This document shows positions 17,667-27,823 of a stretch of DNA of 64,000 bases, in pieces; position 1 is the stretch's first letter; every line of letters begins with the position of its first letter. The notes under the pieces are model-generated. The model was not told the origin of the DNA and did no database searches. It saw nothing but the letters and a program-made list of their open reading frames with translations. Origin of the DNA: an uncultured Acidobacteriota bacterium (GTDB lineage: Bacteria; Acidobacteriota; Thermoanaerobaculia; Multivoradales; JAHEKO01); the NCBI GenBank assembly GCA_963713825.1, contig CAVQNG010000003.1:1280001-1344000 (forward strand). Reading direction: 5' to 3'. Both the position numbers and the translations under genes were made by a program.

Positions 17667-19475
17667 ATGCGAGTGGGTAACCTGAGACCCGGGCTTGGGG
17701 TGTCGTTGGCGCGCTTTTTCCTATGCGTTTGCGGCACTCCTCTGCTTGCGGGAAACGACGTGGTGCCAGGGGCTTTGAGGGTCGACTCTACCTATGAGCA
17801 TATTGGAGCTCTTTGGTCGATCGAGGGCGACAACGATCTCGACAGTTGGCTTCAGATGGAATTCCGCCTTGAGGGAGAAGCGCACTGGAGCCCTGCGGCG
17901 CCAGCCATGCGGGCTCATCCCGCACTGGTAGTTGATGGTTCACCCCTGGGCCTCAACTTTTGGGCCGCCAGCGCTCTTTTTCTCGAACCTGGCAAGGCCT
18001 ACGAACTTCGCCTGACCATGAGTGACCCGGATGGCGGTGCCGAGACGAAGACCGTGTCCGCTGCTACCCGGAAACTCCCACTGGGAACTTTCTCCGGGCG
18101 CCATCTCTACGTCGTCCCTGGATCAAGTGGTGGAGATGGGAGTCCGGCGGCCCCGTTTCAGGGTCTCCAATCGGCTGCTAGTAATGCCGTAGCAGGCGAT
18201 GTCTTTCACATTTCACCTGGCACCTACGAGCCGTTTCAGCTTCTGAGTAGTGGCACTCCCCTGGCACCAATCGTGTTTTCGGGCCCGGGAAGCGGACTTG
18301 CGATTGTCGATGGCAAGGCAACCGACCGGGGGATCATCACGCTCGGGGAATGGAACCAAACGATCAGTCACGTCGTGATCGAGGGCCTCACTCTCGACAA
18401 CGGTCGGTGGGGGATCGATGCGCAGCACAGCCACGATCTTGTGATCCGTCACAACCGGATTCGAGATGTCGACTATGGCGTCGTCAATCGACGGGGAGAC
18501 GGTCTTGAGGGCAATCAGACTATCTGCGACAACGTGATCGAGGGGCGAGTATCGTGGCCTGGAGTGGGTATTCCCTCGGAGCGAGGGATCGATCTCCGGG
18601 GTCACGGAAACGTGGTTTGTCACAACACGGTGCGCTATTTCGGAGACTGTCTCTCCCTACAGCCTTCGACGGGGCCTTCCTATGGAAACGATGTCTTCGG
18701 CAACGATGCCGCATTCTGTGTCGATGACGGCATCGAGATCGACTACAACCAGGCCAATGTCCGAGTTTGGCGAAATCGAGTGACGAACGCCCGCATGGGA
18801 GTCAGCGTCCAACCCATCCGTGGCGGGCCGGCCTATATCTTTCGCAATGAACTCTTCAATCTCGAAAGCGTTCCCATAAAGATGCATAACGACACTACTG
18901 GCTTCTTCGTCATCCACAATTCCGGTGCAAAAAATGGCGATGGGCATGGCGACAATGGCGCTATGTGGCGCAATGCGGTCTTTCGAAACAACCTCTTTCT
19001 CGGAACCCGCTTTGCGTTCGAATTCACGACCGTCGCCGACGAAGGCTTCAGAGACTTAGACTACAACGGTTGGGGCACTACGCGAGCCTTAGGCTCACCC
19101 AGTGACCCCCACTTCAAGTGGAACAATGTGCGCTACAGCAGGCTTCCAGATCTTCAAGCGATTGGAGTAGAGCTCCACGGAGTCGTGGCAACTTTCGATG
19201 ATCTTGTGGATGCATCGTTGCCAGTCACCTGGGACACTCCGGTGATCCCCGGCAGCCGCGATCTCCGTCTCTCGCCAGGAACCCCAGAAGTGGACGCCGG
19301 TGAGGAGATCGATAACCTGAATGACGCCTTCGCTCTTCAAGGCCTTCCTGACCTGGGAGCCTTCGAACTCGGCCAGCCGTTGCCGAACTACGGTCCACGC
19401 CCATGGCCTAGGTTGCTGTTTGCGGATGGGTTTGAAAGCGGCAGCACCTCGGGTTGGTCGACTTCGACTCCGTGA
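17667..19475 (+). CDS. Secreted right-handed parallel beta-helix repeat protein with C-terminal FADGFESG tail
   Basis: Signal peptide; Asn-ladder PbH1 repeats; DLRLSPGTPEVDAG..PDLGAFE; ends LFADGFESGSTSGWSTSTP. Confidence 0.8.
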   Translation: MRVGNLRPGLGVSLARFFLCVCGTPLLAGNDVVPGALRVDSTYEHIGALWSIEGDNDLDSWLQMEFRLEGEAHWSPAAPAMRAHPALVVDGSPLGLNFWAASALFLEPGKAYELRLTMSDPDGGAETKTVSAATRKLPLGTFSGRHLYVVPGSSGGDGSPAAPFQGLQSAASNAVAGDVFHISPGTYEPFQLLSSGTPLAPIVFSGPGSGLAIVDGKATDRGIITLGEWNQTISHVVIEGLTLDNGRWGIDAQHSHDLVIRHNRIRDVDYGVVNRRGDGLEGNQTICDNVIEGRVSWPGVGIPSERGIDLRGHGNVVCHNTVRYFGDCLSLQPSTGPSYGNDVFGNDAAFCVDDGIEIDYNQANVRVWRNRVTNARMGVSVQPIRGGPAYIFRNELFNLESVPIKMHNDTTGFFVIHNSGAKNGDGHGDNGAMWRNAVFRNNLFLGTRFAFEFTTVADEGFRDLDYNGWGTTRALGSPSDPHFKWNNVRYSRLPDLQAIGVELHGVVATFDDLVDASLPVTWDTPVIPGSRDLRLSPGTPEVDAGEEIDNLNDAFALQGLPDLGAFELGQPLPNYGPRPWPRLLFADGFESGSTSGWSTSTP

Positions 19476-19487
19476 GGTGCAGCGACC

Positions 19488-21281
19488 ATGGATAGACCTC
19501 TGAGCGATCTTCGAAAAAACGGCTGGCACCTCTGTGGGGGCGTGGGCTTCGTGGTGGCGCTGATGCTCTCGGCGGTGCCCGGGCGAGGTGAGCTGCCCGC
19601 ATGCGGGCTCGGCAGCAGTGCGGGCCCGGTGCAGGAACCTGTGTTTGTCCGCAACCTCACGGGCCAGACGAGTTGGTATGCGTCACCCGTCGTCCGCGAC
19701 CTGGATGGGGACGGCTCCAATGAGCTCATCGCTGCCTACTACGACACCTACGTCTTCTCGAGCTCGGGGATCCTGCTCGACCGCGCGGAGGTAGGTAGTG
19801 GCAGGGTCTATTCGCCCCACGTCGTGATCGATCTGGACTTCGACGGCATCATCGAAGTCGTTGTTGGCCGAGGACATGAAGTGATCGCCCTGGAATGGGA
19901 TGGCACCCAACTCCAACTCAAACAGGGATGGCCGGCCGATACGACAACGGGTGGCAACTCACCTGAGGTCAGAGGCCTCGCAGCGGCAGACCTGGATGGA
20001 GATGGCATGGTCGAGGTCGTGGCGACAACTACCCAAACGGTTCCGACCTCTCAAGGCGGCGCCCAGGTCTTTGTCTTCAGCCCGGATGGCACGGTGTACC
20101 AGCCTGCCAGCGGTCACGACCCGGCCTGGCCCCGCTATAACGACCTGGCCGGGCCCGGCAACGATGCCGACCGCAACGGCCAGGGTCACAGTGGCTTTGG
20201 CTGCTACGGCCTCAACCCAGGCATCGGAGACATCGACGACGACAGACAACTGGAGATTCTGGTCACTTACGACAACCACCACATCCAGGCGTTCAATCTT
20301 GATGGAGTCGCTATCGATGCCTCGGACTACTACACGAATCGCGACCCCAACTACGCTGGCAATCGGCTCACCTGGGGTCAGTTCATCCGCTGGGCCGATC
20401 CGCAGGTGGAACACGATCACTATCATCTCCACACGGGCCAGTGGCCCCATCCTGACTGGGCAGAATGGTTGCAGTGGACAGCCTCGCCGCCCTCGGTTGC
20501 CGACCTCGATGGTGACGGGAAGAACGAGGTCATCGGTGTTCCCAACATCGAGATGCACGTGCCATACGTCACTCAGGCCTATGGAGTCATGGTTCTGGAG
20601 GGCTCATACGGTGATGGCAGTCGCTCAGCCCGGCGCAAGGCAGGCTGGGAGCAGCTACCACGCGGCGATGCCCCGATCGATGTCGATGGTTGGTATCCCC
20701 CCAATGGCGTTCCCGCTCCGACAGTTGTCAGTATCAGCGGTGACTCGCGGCCCGAGGTCGTCGTCTCGCTGAACGACGGCTACCTGTACGCCTTCTCCCC
20801 TTCGGGCCAGCGCCTGTGGCGAACCAACTATCGCCACGGCAAGTCGATCCTCTTCAGCTCTGAAGCGACCGTGGCCGATTTGAATCAGGACGGGTCGCCT
20901 GAGATTCTCATTGCCACCTATGGCGAGCCGGATGTCCACGATTCGGGCAATCTCATGATCCTTGCCGCCGATGGCTCCGTGTTGCACGACATTCCACTGC
21001 CGAACCCGGGCCACAACGGCAACGGCAACGGCGCCCCGGCAGCCCCGGCCGTCGGAGACCTGGATGGAGATGGCCAGTTGGAGGTTTTCGTCCAGACCTT
21101 CGACCACGGGCTGGATCAGTTCACGGTCCCTGGATCTGCAACGAACTGTCTCCTTTGGGAAACGGCTCGAGGCGGCCCGCTCAGGATGGGTCAGCAGAAC
21201 GGTCCATGGATGCTGGGCAGGGTGTTCGCCGATGGCTTCGAAACGGGTGGCACCTCTGCGTGGTCGTCGGCAGTTCCATGA
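19488..21281 (+). CDS. Secreted FG-GAP/VCBS-repeat protein with C-terminal FADGFETG tail
   Basis: Multiple DLDGDG..E repeats; signal peptide; ends VFADGFETGGTSAWSSAVP. Confidence 0.85.
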   Translation: MDRPLSDLRKNGWHLCGGVGFVVALMLSAVPGRGELPACGLGSSAGPVQEPVFVRNLTGQTSWYASPVVRDLDGDGSNELIAAYYDTYVFSSSGILLDRAEVGSGRVYSPHVVIDLDFDGIIEVVVGRGHEVIALEWDGTQLQLKQGWPADTTTGGNSPEVRGLAAADLDGDGMVEVVATTTQTVPTSQGGAQVFVFSPDGTVYQPASGHDPAWPRYNDLAGPGNDADRNGQGHSGFGCYGLNPGIGDIDDDRQLEILVTYDNHHIQAFNLDGVAIDASDYYTNRDPNYAGNRLTWGQFIRWADPQVEHDHYHLHTGQWPHPDWAEWLQWTASPPSVADLDGDGKNEVIGVPNIEMHVPYVTQAYGVMVLEGSYGDGSRSARRKAGWEQLPRGDAPIDVDGWYPPNGVPAPTVVSISGDSRPEVVVSLNDGYLYAFSPSGQRLWRTNYRHGKSILFSSEATVADLNQDGSPEILIATYGEPDVHDSGNLMILAADGSVLHDIPLPNPGHNGNGNGAPAAPAVGDLDGDGQLEVFVQTFDHGLDQFTVPGSATNCLLWETARGGPLRMGQQNGPWMLGRVFADGFETGGTSAWSSAVP

Positions 21282-21303
21282 GGCGAGTGCTACGATCCTG
21301 CGA

Positions 21304-23955
21304 GTGAGTATCGAGGCCCCCGGCGACCGACCCCACGGTGCCGGATTCCGACTTGCGGCCCTGGCCGCGATTCTCGTCATTCCCGCCTGGATCCTGCGGT
21401 TTCTGGCCTTGCGAGAGCTCGGCCTGGGCCAAGGTCCCACCCTTTTTCGGGGTTTCGCGGCCGATCTGGCAGTGGCCCTTTGTCTCCTGGTTGCAGTCTT
21501 GGTGGCAGCTGGGTGGCGACGCTGGGCGGCCGTCGCCGTCGCCGCGTTCTGGGTGCTGCTCCAGTATGCCAACTATGAGCACGTCCTGGCCCTCGACGCG
21601 CCACTGAGCTTCACGTACGCGGGCTACCTGCTGGATCGGACATTCCTGTTGGGATCCGGCGTGGCTCTGTCCCATCCCATCCTCCTGTTGTTCCTGCTCG
21701 TAGCTGTTGGAGTCTCCATCTGGCAGATTCTGAAGCGGCCATTCCGCGGGCGAGCCATCGCAGCGGCGATCTTCCTAGCCTTGGCAGCCTGCGCGGCCCT
21801 CTGGATGTGGCCTGCCAACCCTCGGTCGTTGGCCTGGAAGCGCAGTCATTTTCTGATCGATGAGATCCGGCGGCACTCGCCGGTTGGAGAGGCGAGCTCG
21901 CCCGCCCCTGAACCGAGTCGCGCGATCACCGAGGAGTTGGCGCGACTCTGGAGCGTTGATCTGTCTGGCGAACCGTGGATGGGAGTAGGGCAGGTCGAAA
22001 AGAACATCCTGGTAGTCGTGCTAGAGGGAGTCTCGGGGGCCTATCTACCTATGCTCGCCGAGTTGTCCGGTGTCGAGTCCTCGATCAAAATGCCGCGCCT
22101 CGACCAGGTGGCTCGGAGCCATTCAACGGCCACCCGGTTTGTCGGGCAGCAGCGCCAGACGAATCGGGGTTTGTATGCTTTGCTCTGCGGTCGGTCGCCA
22201 AGGCTGGGCTCGTCCGCCCCGCGGCTCAACGATTACGCAGTCGGCCCCTCGGCCCCTTGCCTGCCTGAGGTCTTGGCCGGCGAGGGGTATCACACGGTCT
22301 TCCTGCAGGCGAGCCCCTTGTCCTTCATGATGAAGGGGCAGGCCATGCCCCGACTCGGGTTCGAGACCGTGATCGGAGAGCGAGGAGACGAGCCCGCGAA
22401 CCTCAGGAGCAAGTGGGGCATCGACGATCGCGCCTTCCTGGAGTTGAGCCTCGAGCAGATTCGACAGCTCGAAGCGGACGGCAAGCCGTGGTTCCTGACG
22501 TTGCTGACCGTCGGCACGCATCACCCGTATACCGTGCCTGAACTGGCAGAGAACCCTGGCGAAGACGGGTTGCAAAGGGCGATCGCCTATCTGGATGAGG
22601 CGGTCGGGGAGTTCATCGACCAGCTGGAGAACGAGGGAGTCCTCGACAACACTCTGGTCGTGCTGACCAGTGACGAGTCGGCAGGCTTGCCTCACAACAC
22701 GGACGACTTCGTTCGGACTCTCAGCCAGAACTGGAGTCTGGCGATTCTGATGCCACCAGGCGAAGGCCCACGACTTCTCGAAGAGCCTTTCCTCCAGAGC
22801 GATCTAGCCGTGAGTCTTCTGGACTACCTGGGAGTTGCCGACCAAGACAGCCTCTTTACCGGCCGCAGTCTGTTTCGCAGCTATCGAGACGATCGCCCGT
22901 TGTTTTTCGCCAACACACACCAGGGGCGGGTCTATGGGTTCTTTCCCCCCGACCGGCTTGTAGCGTGTGGCGAAGGCCCGGCTGAGTGTGAAACCTTCGA
23001 GCTATCCCCTGACCGGCTGTTCTCGGGCAGCGTGGGATCGGGTCGGGAGGCGCAGCGCGAGACGGAGATGCTGCAAGCCGCGACGCGACTCTCGCTCCAG
23101 GATCAGGCCGCTGATTCCGGCGTCCGGACCTATGAACTGGTCGATGCTCTCGAGGTGCCAGTGATGGCCCGGCATCGCAAGATCTTCGATGGGCAATACC
23201 TCGATGTACCCGACTCCATGGTGGTCGAGGTGGAGATCGAAGGCGAAATAGTTGGCGAGCAGGGTTGGTTGCACTTGCGCCATGACCTGGTGAGCCGCGA
23301 AGACAAGCATTTCCTGGCCCGGCTGCCGGTCTTGGGTCCTGGGGACAGATTTCGCCTTCGGTACCGTCTGCATCCCAGCGGCCCTCTTTCCGGCCTGATC
23401 TGCCGCGGATCCGCGGATCTGCTCGACACCGATCGACTCGACCTACACCTCGATGTCGCCGAGTTGCGAATCCTGCCGGAGGAGGGCGAAGCCCTCGGAG
23501 TAGGAGTCGAGGTGCTCGAGGAGTCGGTGGAGAGGCGCGTCGAGCCGCAGCCTCTTCACCTTCGATCACGGCCAACCGGTCTAGTTCTTGCGCCTTGTGC
23601 CACCTTGGATGACAAGAATCGGGTCGTGGCAGAGGCCTGTCCCGCTGGGCAGGTGACCGTTGGACCGCGTTTCTACGCCCCTCTGGGCACGCAACTCGAG
23701 GTCGTGCATCGCCTGGAAGGTGTTACTGGATCCAGTCGACTCTTCAGCGCGGTGGGCTCCCAGGGTCCGCCGATGGTTCTGGCCCAGAGCCCGGTCGAGA
23801 CGCTGGAGGAGGGAGAGACCTTGGACATTGTCCTGTCGTTCGAGGTGACAGCCGTTCTCAACGAGATTGTCGTCGGCCTGGCTCTCGAAGAGGGCGTACC
23901 GGAAGACTCCTCGTTTCGGATCCTCGACACCAGCGTCACGATGATGCTTCCCTGA
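21304..23955 (+). CDS. LTA synthase family / alkaline-phosphatase-superfamily membrane phosphotransferase
   Basis: About 5 N-terminal TM helices, then NILVVVLEG, QTNRG (candidate Thr nucleophile), TVGTHHPY and TSDE. Start uncertain; in-frame GTG 21304 chosen because the ORF-track start overlaps the upstream gene. Confidence 0.75.
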   Translation: MSIEAPGDRPHGAGFRLAALAAILVIPAWILRFLALRELGLGQGPTLFRGFAADLAVALCLLVAVLVAAGWRRWAAVAVAAFWVLLQYANYEHVLALDAPLSFTYAGYLLDRTFLLGSGVALSHPILLLFLLVAVGVSIWQILKRPFRGRAIAAAIFLALAACAALWMWPANPRSLAWKRSHFLIDEIRRHSPVGEASSPAPEPSRAITEELARLWSVDLSGEPWMGVGQVEKNILVVVLEGVSGAYLPMLAELSGVESSIKMPRLDQVARSHSTATRFVGQQRQTNRGLYALLCGRSPRLGSSAPRLNDYAVGPSAPCLPEVLAGEGYHTVFLQASPLSFMMKGQAMPRLGFETVIGERGDEPANLRSKWGIDDRAFLELSLEQIRQLEADGKPWFLTLLTVGTHHPYTVPELAENPGEDGLQRAIAYLDEAVGEFIDQLENEGVLDNTLVVLTSDESAGLPHNTDDFVRTLSQNWSLAILMPPGEGPRLLEEPFLQSDLAVSLLDYLGVADQDSLFTGRSLFRSYRDDRPLFFANTHQGRVYGFFPPDRLVACGEGPAECETFELSPDRLFSGSVGSGREAQRETEMLQAATRLSLQDQAADSGVRTYELVDALEVPVMARHRKIFDGQYLDVPDSMVVEVEIEGEIVGEQGWLHLRHDLVSREDKHFLARLPVLGPGDRFRLRYRLHPSGPLSGLICRGSADLLDTDRLDLHLDVAELRILPEEGEALGVGVEVLEESVERRVEPQPLHLRSRPTGLVLAPCATLDDKNRVVAEACPAGQVTVGPRFYAPLGTQLEVVHRLEGVTGSSRLFSAVGSQGPPMVLAQSPVETLEEGETLDIVLSFEVTAVLNEIVVGLALEEGVPEDSSFRILDTSVTMMLP

Positions 23956-23984
23956 AGCATCACCGAAGACGGGGCTTTGTGGCT

Positions 23985-25757
23985 CTATCGCCCCGCCAAT
24001 TCCGATAGTTCCAGTTGTAGCGATGCCGCCAGGCGACAGTCGGGATCTTCGCGGAGTCGTCTCTCCACCTCGCGGAGGGTGCTCTTCAACCTCGCCGGAT
24101 CGTCGTTGGCCGCCTGCAGCGTGGCTTCAGGATCCTCGGGATTCACGAAGTGGTATTCGAGCTCCTCGAGAAGTTGTCGGCGAGCAGGTCGGCGGGCGAG
24201 GTAGACCATTCCCAGGTCGTCCCAGTAGACGAGAGCGAAGCGGTCCGGTGTGAAGAGGATCGAGTTCGAGGTCAAACGAACGACCCTTGGCTCACCTCCG
24301 GCGACCATGGGTGGCTCGAGCACGGGCCTTCGTCGACGGTCGTAGCGCACCAGAGCACCGTCGATCTGGTATCGATCCAAGAGGGCATTCCAGGCCTGAC
24401 TGTTCTTGCGGGCTGTAGCCAGCTCTCGCAGGAAGTTGGGGTTCAGCTCGTTGCGGCCGTCGTTGAAAATCTGGCGAGGTGGGAAGAGACGCCACAGGAG
24501 ATAGCCGCCAAAGGCCACGTTGTTGTAGAGGTTCCCAAGCTCCGGAACCTGCTCTATGAAATCGACGGCCTTGTCCGGAAAGCGCCCAGGCTCCAGTCCT
24601 GAACCGAAGGTGTATCGGCCCTGCCGGGGCGCGAGAGGACCGCTGGTCGGTGGCCACAAGCACCAGGCGATACCCAGGAAGCAGGCGAGTACGGGCAGCA
24701 GTCTGGCTCTCGAGGAGCGTACGGGTGGCCTCCAGCCACAGGTGGCCAGCTCGGCCATGCACTCGGAGGCCAGGAAGAAGGCCCCGACAAAGAGTGGCGC
24801 TTGATGCCGCATCGAGGTGCTGGTCAAAGCCATGAGAGCCAGGGTGACCAGTCCTGTAGCCGGATCGAGCCGACGAGCGCAGCGGTACGTTTGCACGACC
24901 AGGAGTGCGAGTAGTGCCAGGCCGACGAAAAGAAACGGCTGAGGGGCTTTCCATACAGGCAGCCACTCGGGATTGACTCCCGGTACGCTCTCCAGGGCGC
25001 CGGAGATCTCTACGGGTACCGCGAAGAGCCTCCACCCGGAGGGGTTGAAGAGCATCACGAGCACAATGGCGAGGGGCAGACCGAGCACCCACTTCCAGGG
25101 CATGGGACTCGCCCCCCTGCGTGGCCCGCCCCAGCCGCCAGGTAGACGCGACCCCAGCAAGAACGCTCCACACAGAATCGGAGCCATCAGGGAGCCCGGG
25201 TGGGAGTTGGCCCAGAACAGGGTCAGGAGCAGCACCAGAGCGATCGGCCACCGCTGCCTGCCGCGCCGAAACTCGGAAAGCAGCGCCAGTAGCAGAGCGA
25301 GGGCCACGAGCGTCGGGAATTCGGGGCGTAGAAAAAAGCGCGGGCGCGCGCCGAGAATGGTGAGGAAGAGGACCATTCCGGTGCCGACAACAGGAGCACC
25401 GGCCCGCCTTGCCGAGAGCCACAGAATCAGAGCCAGGACCAGTGTCAGGCAGATTCGAATCACCCAAAGTCCCGTCAGCCCACCGACGCTCTCGATCGCC
25501 GCCAAGGCGACCTGGAACAGCCACTCATGGTCGACCCACGGGGCGCCGGCGGCGGTGAATCGAAAGGGATCGGGATCGGGAAGGGCGCGATTCTGGAGAA
25601 TCCAATGCCCGGCTGTCAGATGCCAGAAGACATCGTAGGCGCGAATCTTGAAGGCTGCCGCGATGGCGGAAAAGGCCAGAACCGCAGCGAGAATCACGCC
25701 CTTCCGGGCTTCGCTGCCTCTTGCCGTCGTAACTCCAGCCTCACCTTCCGGCATCAT
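23985..25757 (-). CDS. Multi-pass membrane protein, possibly GT-C-fold glycosyltransferase-like
   Basis: DVFWHL..GHWI, DPFRFT, WVDHEWLFQ, RPE, WANSHPG and GGYLLW..FNDGR motifs; about 10 TM helices. Confidence 0.55.
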   Translation of the reverse strand: MMPEGEAGVTTARGSEARKGVILAAVLAFSAIAAAFKIRAYDVFWHLTAGHWILQNRALPDPDPFRFTAAGAPWVDHEWLFQVALAAIESVGGLTGLWVIRICLTLVLALILWLSARRAGAPVVGTGMVLFLTILGARPRFFLRPEFPTLVALALLLALLSEFRRGRQRWPIALVLLLTLFWANSHPGSLMAPILCGAFLLGSRLPGGWGGPRRGASPMPWKWVLGLPLAIVLVMLFNPSGWRLFAVPVEISGALESVPGVNPEWLPVWKAPQPFLFVGLALLALLVVQTYRCARRLDPATGLVTLALMALTSTSMRHQAPLFVGAFFLASECMAELATCGWRPPVRSSRARLLPVLACFLGIAWCLWPPTSGPLAPRQGRYTFGSGLEPGRFPDKAVDFIEQVPELGNLYNNVAFGGYLLWRLFPPRQIFNDGRNELNPNFLRELATARKNSQAWNALLDRYQIDGALVRYDRRRRPVLEPPMVAGGEPRVVRLTSNSILFTPDRFALVYWDDLGMVYLARRPARRQLLEELEYHFVNPEDPEATLQAANDDPARLKSTLREVERRLREDPDCRLAASLQLELSELAGR

Positions 25758-25787
25758 GCCTCGGATCTTTTCACAGTGCCTTGATGA

Positions 25788-26948
25788 TCACTGCTTCACT
25801 GCCTCATCGCTGCCCCTGTATTCGATCCGGTAGATCGCTCCGGCCCGATCGTCTGACACCAGAAGCGCACCCTCCGGTGTGACGTGCAAATCCACGGGTC
25901 GCCCCCAGGCGTCGTCGCCTTCCAGCCAACCTTCTGCGAAGACTTCGTACGAGGTCACCTCGTTGCCGTCGAGCCGAGCCAGGGTTATGCGATATCCAAT
26001 AGGAGTGCTGCGGTTCCAGGATCCGTGTTCGGCAATGAAGATCTGATGTCGATACTCGTCCGGAAAGGTCTCGCCGGTGTAGAAACGCATGCCGAGCGAG
26101 GCGACGTGGGGGCCGAGCTTGGCGGCGGGTGGTACGGTGTCGCCGCAGTCTCGTTTGTCGCCGAACTGCGGATCGGGAATGTCGCCACCATGGCAGTAGG
26201 GGAAGCCGAAATGGAGTCCCTGAGAGGGGGCTCGATTCAGCTCGTCGGGCGGCAGGTCATCGCCCAACATGTCGCGGCCGTTGTCGGTGAACCAGAGCTC
26301 GCCTGTCTCCGGATGCCAGTCGAAACCGACGGTATTGCGGACACCATGGGCGTAGATCTCATGGTTCTCGCCGTCGGCATCCAGGCGAGTGATGGAAGCG
26401 TAGATCGGCTCCTCTTTCTCACAGACATTGCACGGGGCACCCACCGGCACGTAGAGCTTGCCGTCCGGGCCGAATCGAATGAACTTCCAGCCGTGATGAG
26501 TGTCAGTCGGAAAATCGGCGCTCACGATGACGGGCTCCGGTGGATTCTCCAGCCGCTCGTCGATCTCGTCGAAACGCAGCACCCGATGAATCTCGGCCAC
26601 GTAGAGGGAGCCATTCCTCCAGGCAACACCGTTGGGTGCGTTCAGATCTGCAGCGATTTGGACGACCCGATCCGCAGAATGGTCGCCATCTTTGTCGATG
26701 ACGGCGTAGACGTTGCCCCCGCGGCGACTACCCACATACAGGATGCCCTTCGGGCTTTGTGTCATGGCACGAGCCCCGGGAACCTGATCGGTCAGTAGGG
26801 TGATCTCGAATCCCTCGGGTAGCTGGATTCGGTCGAGGTGGAGACCCTCCATCTTGCCAGCCGGTAGGCAAGAAGGAAGGGTGAGGAGGATGCCGAGGAC
26901 GAGAACGGTGGTGACGGCAAGCGCGGGTCCAATTCTGGTCGAGCTCAT
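25788..26948 (-). CDS. PQQ-dependent sugar/sorbosone dehydrogenase family (lipo)protein
   Basis: HHGWKFIRFGPDGKLY, GAPCNVC, GVRNTVG, TDNGRD, HGSWNR, GRPVD and SDD motifs; possible lipobox LPSC. Confidence 0.88.
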   Translation of the reverse strand: MSSTRIGPALAVTTVLVLGILLTLPSCLPAGKMEGLHLDRIQLPEGFEITLLTDQVPGARAMTQSPKGILYVGSRRGGNVYAVIDKDGDHSADRVVQIAADLNAPNGVAWRNGSLYVAEIHRVLRFDEIDERLENPPEPVIVSADFPTDTHHGWKFIRFGPDGKLYVPVGAPCNVCEKEEPIYASITRLDADGENHEIYAHGVRNTVGFDWHPETGELWFTDNGRDMLGDDLPPDELNRAPSQGLHFGFPYCHGGDIPDPQFGDKRDCGDTVPPAAKLGPHVASLGMRFYTGETFPDEYRHQIFIAEHGSWNRSTPIGYRITLARLDGNEVTSYEVFAEGWLEGDDAWGRPVDLHVTPEGALLVSDDRAGAIYRIEYRGSDEAVKQ

Positions 26949-27104
26949 GACCTTCCGAACATAGCGCTCGGGAGTCGACACCGCAAGGTGCCAGGTACTT
27001 TATTGGCCGAGGAGGGTTGGCCGGACGCTCTCACGCCAGTCGAGCGGGGAATCCTGGCTGCAGGCATGGGACAATAGGCCGTCGCACCATCGAAGGAGGT
27101 TCGA

Positions 27105-27812
27105 ATGACCGATGACGTACAGCAATTCCTGGCCACTGTAGGCATCTTTTCGGATCTGGAGCCCGATGAGCTGGCTCTCATCGCCGAGCTGGCAGAGGAG
27201 GTCATCTGGAAAGCAGGGGACGAGGCCTATGCCGTGGGAGATGAAGGCAGTTCCATGATCGTCGTCCGAGAGGGCCTCATCGAGCTCTACGGCGTGGCGG
27301 GCGGAGTCGACAAGCATTTCATGACCGTGCGTCCTGGCAACGCCTTCGGCTTGCTGGCGCTGATCGACCCGGGGCACCGGCCCGCGACCGCTCGAGTCGT
27401 GGAGCAGACTACAGGCCTGCGATTCGAAGGCGCGAAGCTCGATGGTCTGGTCGAGGCGCATCCCGCCACGGGCATCAAGCTGTTCAGGGCGCTTCTGGGA
27501 GTGTTGGGTGAGAGAGTTCGGATGCTGTCGGATCAGTACCGTGACACCGTGGCCTGGAATCTCCAGGTGACCGGGCTCGCCAGCCTCAACCTCGAGCACC
27601 TCATGAGCGAGCAGGTCCAGGTGGTCGTCGAGACGCTGCGAGGACAGCCGGTGCAAGGGACCTTGGTGCGGTTCGAGCAGAGTGCCGCTGGCCACGAGAT
27701 CTATCTCGAAGACGAAGACAAGCAGATTCACCTGATTCCCTACCACGCGATCGTGAGAATCTCAGTCGAGCGCAACAGGGTAGCTGGGGCCGAGGATACC
27801 CCCAACCTCTAG
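27105..27812 (+). CDS. Cyclic-nucleotide-binding domain protein with C-terminal Hfq/Sm-like domain
   Basis: cNMP domain (IFSDLEPDEL, GDEGSSMIVVREG, FGLLALID..RPATA). The C-terminus VVVETLRGQPVQGTLVRFEQ...HLIPYHAIVRI resembles Hfq Sm1/Sm2. RBS AAGGAGG. Confidence 0.75.
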   Translation: MTDDVQQFLATVGIFSDLEPDELALIAELAEEVIWKAGDEAYAVGDEGSSMIVVREGLIELYGVAGGVDKHFMTVRPGNAFGLLALIDPGHRPATARVVEQTTGLRFEGAKLDGLVEAHPATGIKLFRALLGVLGERVRMLSDQYRDTVAWNLQVTGLASLNLEHLMSEQVQVVVETLRGQPVQGTLVRFEQSAAGHEIYLEDEDKQIHLIPYHAIVRISVERNRVAGAEDTPNL

Positions 27813-27823
27813 GAGCCAAGACG

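Noticed and set aside
20962-21303. N-terminal extension of the LtaS-like ORF overlapping the FG-GAP gene
   Set aside because: It overlaps a solid gene by more than 300 nt; a downstream in-frame GTG is more plausible.
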